DNA from: Promethearchaeota archaeon
GTDB lineage: Archaea; Asgardarchaeota; Lokiarchaeia; Sigyniarchaeales; SOKP01
Length of the DNA: 64,000 bases
NCBI GenBank assembly: GCA_016926735.1
Contig: JAFGOA010000063.1
Coordinates: 1 to 64,000, forward strand
Direction of reading: 5' to 3'
Shown: positions 59,097-64,000 of the stretch, piece after piece
How positions within the stretch are numbered: the first letter of the stretch is position 1
Layout: every line of letters starts with the position of its first letter
Notes under the pieces: generated by a model
Told to the model about the DNA's origin: nothing
What the model saw: the letters and a program-made list of their open reading frames with translations, nothing else
Database searches by the model: none
Position numbers and translations under genes: made by a program

Positions 59097-60212
59097 TTAA
59101 GAGAAATATTTCAATGCTATTTCTTCTGCTTCACTAAAATTAGAAGATTGACCTTTAAAAGTTCTCAGTTCTTTAGAGAAATTTTTTTCAAACTCTTCTA
59201 CGAAATTCTTATGGGCAATTTCAGATGCTTGAGTTGAGTAATCAATAATTATAACGCTTATAAAGTGTTCACGAGATATAAATCTTACTTCCCTGCCTTT
59301 TAAATTAATTGATTCAAGCTCTTCTGGAGTTCTAGTTGTTTCTTGGACTAAAGAATTTATTACAGAGAAAACTCCTGCAATTAAACCTGATTCTTCTTGA
59401 TCAAATTTTCTGTAAAATGATTTATTAAACAATTCAATTCCACTTCTATTAAAAACCATTAACAAGTGAATTTTTTGTCTTTGTAATAACCAAGGATTTT
59501 TAGATACTTTCAAGAAAGCGTAACAATTTATATATACTCCTATGTGTTGAATGAATACGGTTAATATTGCAAAGTTAATAAATACATTAGCATAACTGCT
59601 GGGATCAGTGAATTCTATTGCAAATGGAACAATCGCAACAGAAAGTGATAAAAGAATTCCAACTATTAGTCTAGACATGAAAGTTTTTTGTTTTTTTGAC
59701 CATGCTTCTTTTTTGTTATTGTAAAGCATAACTACTAACAAGACAAATGTTATAAAATAGAAACACGCCATAATAATTGCTATAGGGCTTCTTGAATAAG
59801 TAAATAGATGGTATGCTTCAAATGATTCATTTATTACTGGAGGTCTTGAAATTAATCCTCCAATCATTGCAAATATAAACATAGACATTATTGTTTGTTT
59901 TATTGTAAATTGAGTATTTTTTTCAAATACTTCAAGTAACATTATAAGTGCGAATAAAGTAGACATATCTAATATTTCACTTATAATATGAAAGATTAAT
60001 GCAATATCATCATTGCTAAGTACTAATTTAAAATATCCAAAGAAATTTGCTAAGATGTGATTGGCTAGATAAAATATTAAATATGCTATAATTTTTTGTT
60101 TGGTCCTGATATAATTTCTAATGAAATGAATTAAAAACGATAATGATATTACTGCAAAAAGAAAAAAAGATAATTCATACATAATAATAAAGATAGTTGT
60201 CACATCTGCCAT
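59097..60212 (-). CDS. 7TM membrane protein with cytoplasmic longin/roadblock-like C-terminal domain
   Basis: About 7 hydrophobic helices, then HLLMVFNRSGIELF...LIAGVFSVINSLVQE...LESINL...FVEEFEKNF. Confidence 0.65.
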   Translation of the reverse strand: MADVTTIFIIMYELSFFLFAVISLSFLIHFIRNYIRTKQKIIAYLIFYLANHILANFFGYFKLVLSNDDIALIFHIISEILDMSTLFALIMLLEVFEKNTQFTIKQTIMSMFIFAMIGGLISRPPVINESFEAYHLFTYSRSPIAIIMACFYFITFVLLVVMLYNNKKEAWSKKQKTFMSRLIVGILLSLSVAIVPFAIEFTDPSSYANVFINFAILTVFIQHIGVYINCYAFLKVSKNPWLLQRQKIHLLMVFNRSGIELFNKSFYRKFDQEESGLIAGVFSVINSLVQETTRTPEELESINLKGREVRFISREHFISVIIIDYSTQASEIAHKNFVEEFEKNFSKELRTFKGQSSNFSEAEEIALKYFS

Positions 60213-60623
60213 ATCATTACATCAAATTCTATTTAATTCATTTTCTAATTAATATTAGATTCAGAATTTAAGTTTTTTTTTTATTCATATGTTTTTTTTT
60301 TAAGAATCTTATGAAAAAATATCCAATATACGATTAAAATTTCTTGAAAGTTATGTTTTAATTTTTTAAAATTAACAATATTATATTATAACAGTCTAAA
60401 ATGCGAAAAGATGAAAGAGATCTTACAGTTCCAATTTCACTTTTAATTTATAAATTCAGGAAGATTTTCTCAAACTTATAGAATGAAAATTTTTTTTAGA
60501 CAAAGGTTGGATAAAGAATTAGATTTGAATTTGGATTTTTAAATTCTTATAATAACATAATTCAATTAAATATTTGATATAGAAAATTAATCAAACTTAT
60601 ATAATTTTAAAATAATAATTTAA

Positions 60624-62063
60624 ATGAATAAACACATGGCTGATAAATTGGCAAAAATATCAGAAAGACATTATAGAAGAACATTGGGTGTACATTTAAC
60701 ATCTAAAGATATTTTTAATAGATATATTTTTCCAAGAATAAAAGATATCCTATATAATTATATTTGGGTTGATCTCTATGCAGGAGAGGGTAATTTAGTT
60801 CTTCCTATTTTAAATTCAGTTCCTAATAAAGAACGCATAGAATTCTTTAAAAACCATATTTATTTATTTGATATTCAAAAAGATATGGTTGAAAAATCTA
60901 TAGAAAATGCTATTGGATATGGTATTCCTAAAGATATAGCGAAAATAAATATATTTCAGAGAGATAATTTAGCATCTTTTCCAAAATTTCTGTTAAAAAA
61001 AAAGATTCCAATTTTCCATATTACTAATCCCCCATATCTTTATTTAGGATTTATAAGAAAACATAAAAATGCTCAAATTCATTTAAAATATTTTAAAGAA
61101 GAAAATCGAGGATATCAAGATCTTTATCAAATAGCTATGATGAATGATTTAAGGAATAATATCGAACATCTAATCTATATAATTCCCTCGAATTTTCTTT
61201 TTGGGTCATCTGTTTCAAATAAATTTAGAAATGATCTCTTGAAACACTTTAAAATTGAAAAAATGCTTATTTTTGAAACAAAAATATTTGAATATACTGG
61301 AATGAATATTTGTATAGGATTTTTCAAGAAAAAAAAAAGCCCTAAATCAGTTATAATGACTTTTAAAGGAATAAAAATAAAAAATGACAATAAATTTATA
61401 GAAAGAGAATATAAATTAAAACCAGAATATAATTATCGTGGAGGAAGTGATTTCGATGAATTTGTTCACTATTATAAAAATAAATCTTCATTAAATGTCA
61501 AATATTATCTTTTGAAAAAAGATATTGATGAAAATTTGGGCGATTATCCAATTAAAGTAATAAATTCAAGTGATTATAACTCAAATAAGTATAATAAATT
61601 AACTTTAACTGTAAATAAAAATTTAAAGGAAAAGATTGAGAAAAATATACTTTATGTTAGAACCGTTGATACTGGTTCCTATAAAGGACGGGTAGGACTA
61701 TATGTAATTAAAGATGATTTCCAAGTTGACGGAATCTATGTTTCAAGAAATACATATCGAACATCTCCTATTCACATTTTTATAGAACCTACAATTTCAA
61801 TAGAAGAGCAATATTTATTGAAAAATTATGTTAATTTTATTTTAGAACATTTTAGAGAAAATCTTGATAGTGACTTTTTAACTACATATAAATACTCTAA
61901 TGCAGATTATACACGAAAATATCTTGGATTAACTCAAACAAGAGAATTAATTCAGTCATTTCCAAATTTAAATCGAAATTTAGAAATTAAGGGTAAATTC
62001 CAAGACGCTATAAAAAATAGGGATTTCTTAAAAGTAAATAAAATTATGAAAAACTCCTTTTGA
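60624..62063 (+). CDS. N6-adenine DNA methyltransferase (gamma class), orphan
   Basis: WVDLYAGEGNL followed by ITNPPY; YIIPSNFL. Confidence 0.85.
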   Translation: MNKHMADKLAKISERHYRRTLGVHLTSKDIFNRYIFPRIKDILYNYIWVDLYAGEGNLVLPILNSVPNKERIEFFKNHIYLFDIQKDMVEKSIENAIGYGIPKDIAKINIFQRDNLASFPKFLLKKKIPIFHITNPPYLYLGFIRKHKNAQIHLKYFKEENRGYQDLYQIAMMNDLRNNIEHLIYIIPSNFLFGSSVSNKFRNDLLKHFKIEKMLIFETKIFEYTGMNICIGFFKKKKSPKSVIMTFKGIKIKNDNKFIEREYKLKPEYNYRGGSDFDEFVHYYKNKSSLNVKYYLLKKDIDENLGDYPIKVINSSDYNSNKYNKLTLTVNKNLKEKIEKNILYVRTVDTGSYKGRVGLYVIKDDFQVDGIYVSRNTYRTSPIHIFIEPTISIEEQYLLKNYVNFILEHFRENLDSDFLTTYKYSNADYTRKYLGLTQTRELIQSFPNLNRNLEIKGKFQDAIKNRDFLKVNKIMKNSF

Positions 62064-62103
62064 TGATTTAAATACTACCAGCTCCCACTCCATTGTATAA
62101 ATT

Positions 62104-62181
62104 TTATAATGATTCAAACCGTTTTAATACTTTTAAGGCTCCAAAAGTATCCCATCTTTTGGGTTTATCAATCTCTTTCAT
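62104..62181 (-). pseudogene. 25-aa remnant resembling the C-terminus of prenyltransferase/squalene-cyclase-repeat-like hypothetical proteins
   Basis: MKEIDKPKRWDTFGALKVLKRFESL versus recalled consensus ME..GKPSRWNTLRALRVLK. Confidence 0.35.
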
Positions 62182-62192
62182 AAGAAAATAAA

Positions 62193-62972
62193 TTATTTTT
62201 TAAGTTTTTTATAAATTTCAAATACAATAAAAACACCAATAATGATCATTGCTGTTAATGCTGTATATCCCACTAATGGATTTAAAGAATTTTGCTTGAT
62301 AAAAATACCTAATAATGCCCAAATACTTACTAATGAAAACGCAATATCTTTCCGTGTATATAAAATCAAAAGATTAATAATTACTGCAACGCTGATTACT
62401 AAAATCGTCCAAAATTCTTCAGGTAAACCAAATCCATCCCAATTTATTGAGACTAGAAAAGCAGTTACATTTGCGATTGTTGCAATTGTTATCCACCCTA
62501 TATAGATACTGATTGGGATATGAATAAATCTATTTTCTCCCTTTGACACCTTAATTTTTCCAATACCTAAGCGAAGATACAATATTAACAAAGATATAAA
62601 TAAAATTATCATAATTAATAATGAAAGAGGTACTAGTTGATAATGCCAAGCGAATATCCAAGCAAAATTAGCAATATTACTCACGATAAAAAAAAAACTA
62701 ATTTTTTCTAAAAATGGTAAAGTTCCTTTTTCTTTTTTTAATAAATCTTTTGCTTGATAATAGCTAAAAACACCTAATAGAATGTAAATTATTGACCATA
62801 TACTAAAAGTAATTCCAGCAGGAACAAATAAATTAGGATATGCATCAGAAAGCTCAGCTGTGCTTTTATTATTTAAAGGTAGTATCACAGCTAACATATT
62901 TGCAATAAACATTAAAATAAAAGTAAATATGTTTAAAATTTGCATTAATTTTTTATTGTCTAATTTAATCAT
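62193..62972 (-). CDS. TspO/tryptophan-rich sensory-like membrane protein
   Basis: LSDAYPNLFVPAGITFSIWSIIY, WIFAWHY, SIYIGWITIATIAN. Confidence 0.8.
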   Translation of the reverse strand: MIKLDNKKLMQILNIFTFILMFIANMLAVILPLNNKSTAELSDAYPNLFVPAGITFSIWSIIYILLGVFSYYQAKDLLKKEKGTLPFLEKISFFFIVSNIANFAWIFAWHYQLVPLSLLIMIILFISLLILYLRLGIGKIKVSKGENRFIHIPISIYIGWITIATIANVTAFLVSINWDGFGLPEEFWTILVISVAVIINLLILYTRKDIAFSLVSIWALLGIFIKQNSLNPLVGYTALTAMIIIGVFIVFEIYKKLKK

Positions 62973-63357
62973 TTCTAAATGATCTCTATAGTATTAAAAT
63001 TATAAGTAATAATTAACAACTAAACGTTTAAAATTTGATATTATAGATTATAAATTTATCAAATAAAACAATATAAAATATACCTAGGATAATACAAAGT
63101 ATTAAAGAAAAGATATCAGAACAATTGTTCAGCAAAAATTATTAAAATACGATATAACACTTTATCAGTTTTTTTTCCTATATGATTTTATATTATATCA
63201 TAAATCATTACGCAATTATGATTTATTCTTATAATCTTATTTTTAAAAAGATATTTGTTTTATAACCAACATATATTTTAACTAAAATATCATAATTTTC
63301 TATAATTTTAATTCAAATTGAATATAAAATTGAATAATTAATAACAGAGGTGAATTT

Positions 63358-63807
63358 ATGTTAAAAAAAGGAAATCCTGTACCAATGAATATTGAATTAT
63401 ACAACCAAGATGGACAATTAATTAAATTAACAGACTATAAAGGTCAAAAACTAGTAATTTATTTCTATCCAAAAGATAATACTCCTGGGTGTACTACAGA
63501 AGCTAAACAATTTAGAGATAATATAAAAGAATATGAAGAAAAAGGGATTAAAATAATTGGTATTAGCGCTGATTCTGTAAAATCACATAAAAGATTTCAA
63601 ACAAAATATGATCTCCCATTTTTATTGCTTTCTGATCCTGAAAAGGTTGCAGCTAAAGCTTTTGGAGCATTAGAGAGTGGTAGGGTTAAAAGACGAACCT
63701 GGTTAATAAACGAAGATTGGATAATCGAAAAAGTCTATGAAAAAGTATCAGCTTCGAAACATAATGATGAATTATGTACTTATTATGGTCTTAAACCTCT
63801 TTTATAA
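63358..63807 (+). CDS. bcp: Peroxiredoxin, BCP/PrxQ type
   Basis: YFYPKDNTPGCTTEA, GISADS..SHKRF, LLSDP. Confidence 0.93.
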   Translation: MLKKGNPVPMNIELYNQDGQLIKLTDYKGQKLVIYFYPKDNTPGCTTEAKQFRDNIKEYEEKGIKIIGISADSVKSHKRFQTKYDLPFLLLSDPEKVAAKAFGALESGRVKRRTWLINEDWIIEKVYEKVSASKHNDELCTYYGLKPLL

Positions 63808-63903
63808 TCTTTACTGAATAGGGTTCTAAAAAATACGATTTAAAATCAAGGAATATTAAAAAATGATCACTTTAAAATGAAATGAAGTTTAAAAAATCCT
63901 TAC

Positions 63904-64000
63904 TTAAATCATTTCTAATTCTTTCAAGTCTTCTTCATCATCATTTTGTATTTTCTCAATAAATTCAATTGCATTTTCTCCTTTGTTAGTTATATTGTAA
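63904..64000 (-). CDS. 3' end of a winged-HTH protein (runs off the window)
   Basis: YNITNKGENAIEFIEKIQNDDEEDLKELEMI*; Y.IT.KG wing motif. Confidence 0.55.
   Translation of the reverse strand, partial: YNITNKGENAIEFIEKIQNDDEEDLKELEMI

Overview
Very AT-rich archaeal DNA, almost certainly Asgard (Lokiarchaeia-like). Supporting markers are a Loki-type profilin, three Rab-like small GTPases, V4R and longin-like proteins, ribosomal proteins L38e and L40e, a PSTK-like kinase and a thermosome subunit. Positions 1-24.4 kb are mostly housekeeping and eukaryotic-signature genes (argS-speB-dys, truD-pth2, acyl-CoA ligase, ABC pair, GH94 phosphorylase, orphan DNA MTase). At 24.8-35.0 kb a membrane one-component sensor (7-repeat beta-propeller, TM, double wHTH) is divergent from three tandem large surface/secreted-protein units. 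Two of these share a duplicated promoter, palindrome and signal peptide, and all three share a 3' intergenic motif. Downstream of the thermosome gene lies an approximately 18 kb accessory/defence island: a GIY-YIG nuclease with 15 x 17-aa repeats plus a split HerA/VirB4-like ATPase, a PHP remnant with an in-frame TGA, an ABC-ATPase+TOPRIM pair, a four-gene wHTH/Zn-finger operon, two HEPN proteins and a type IIG RM enzyme. Several genes appear to start at non-canonical ATT/ATA codons that the ORF track missed. No rRNA, tRNA, CRISPR array, integrase or transposase was recognised. All product calls are from motif recognition by eye, with no database searches.
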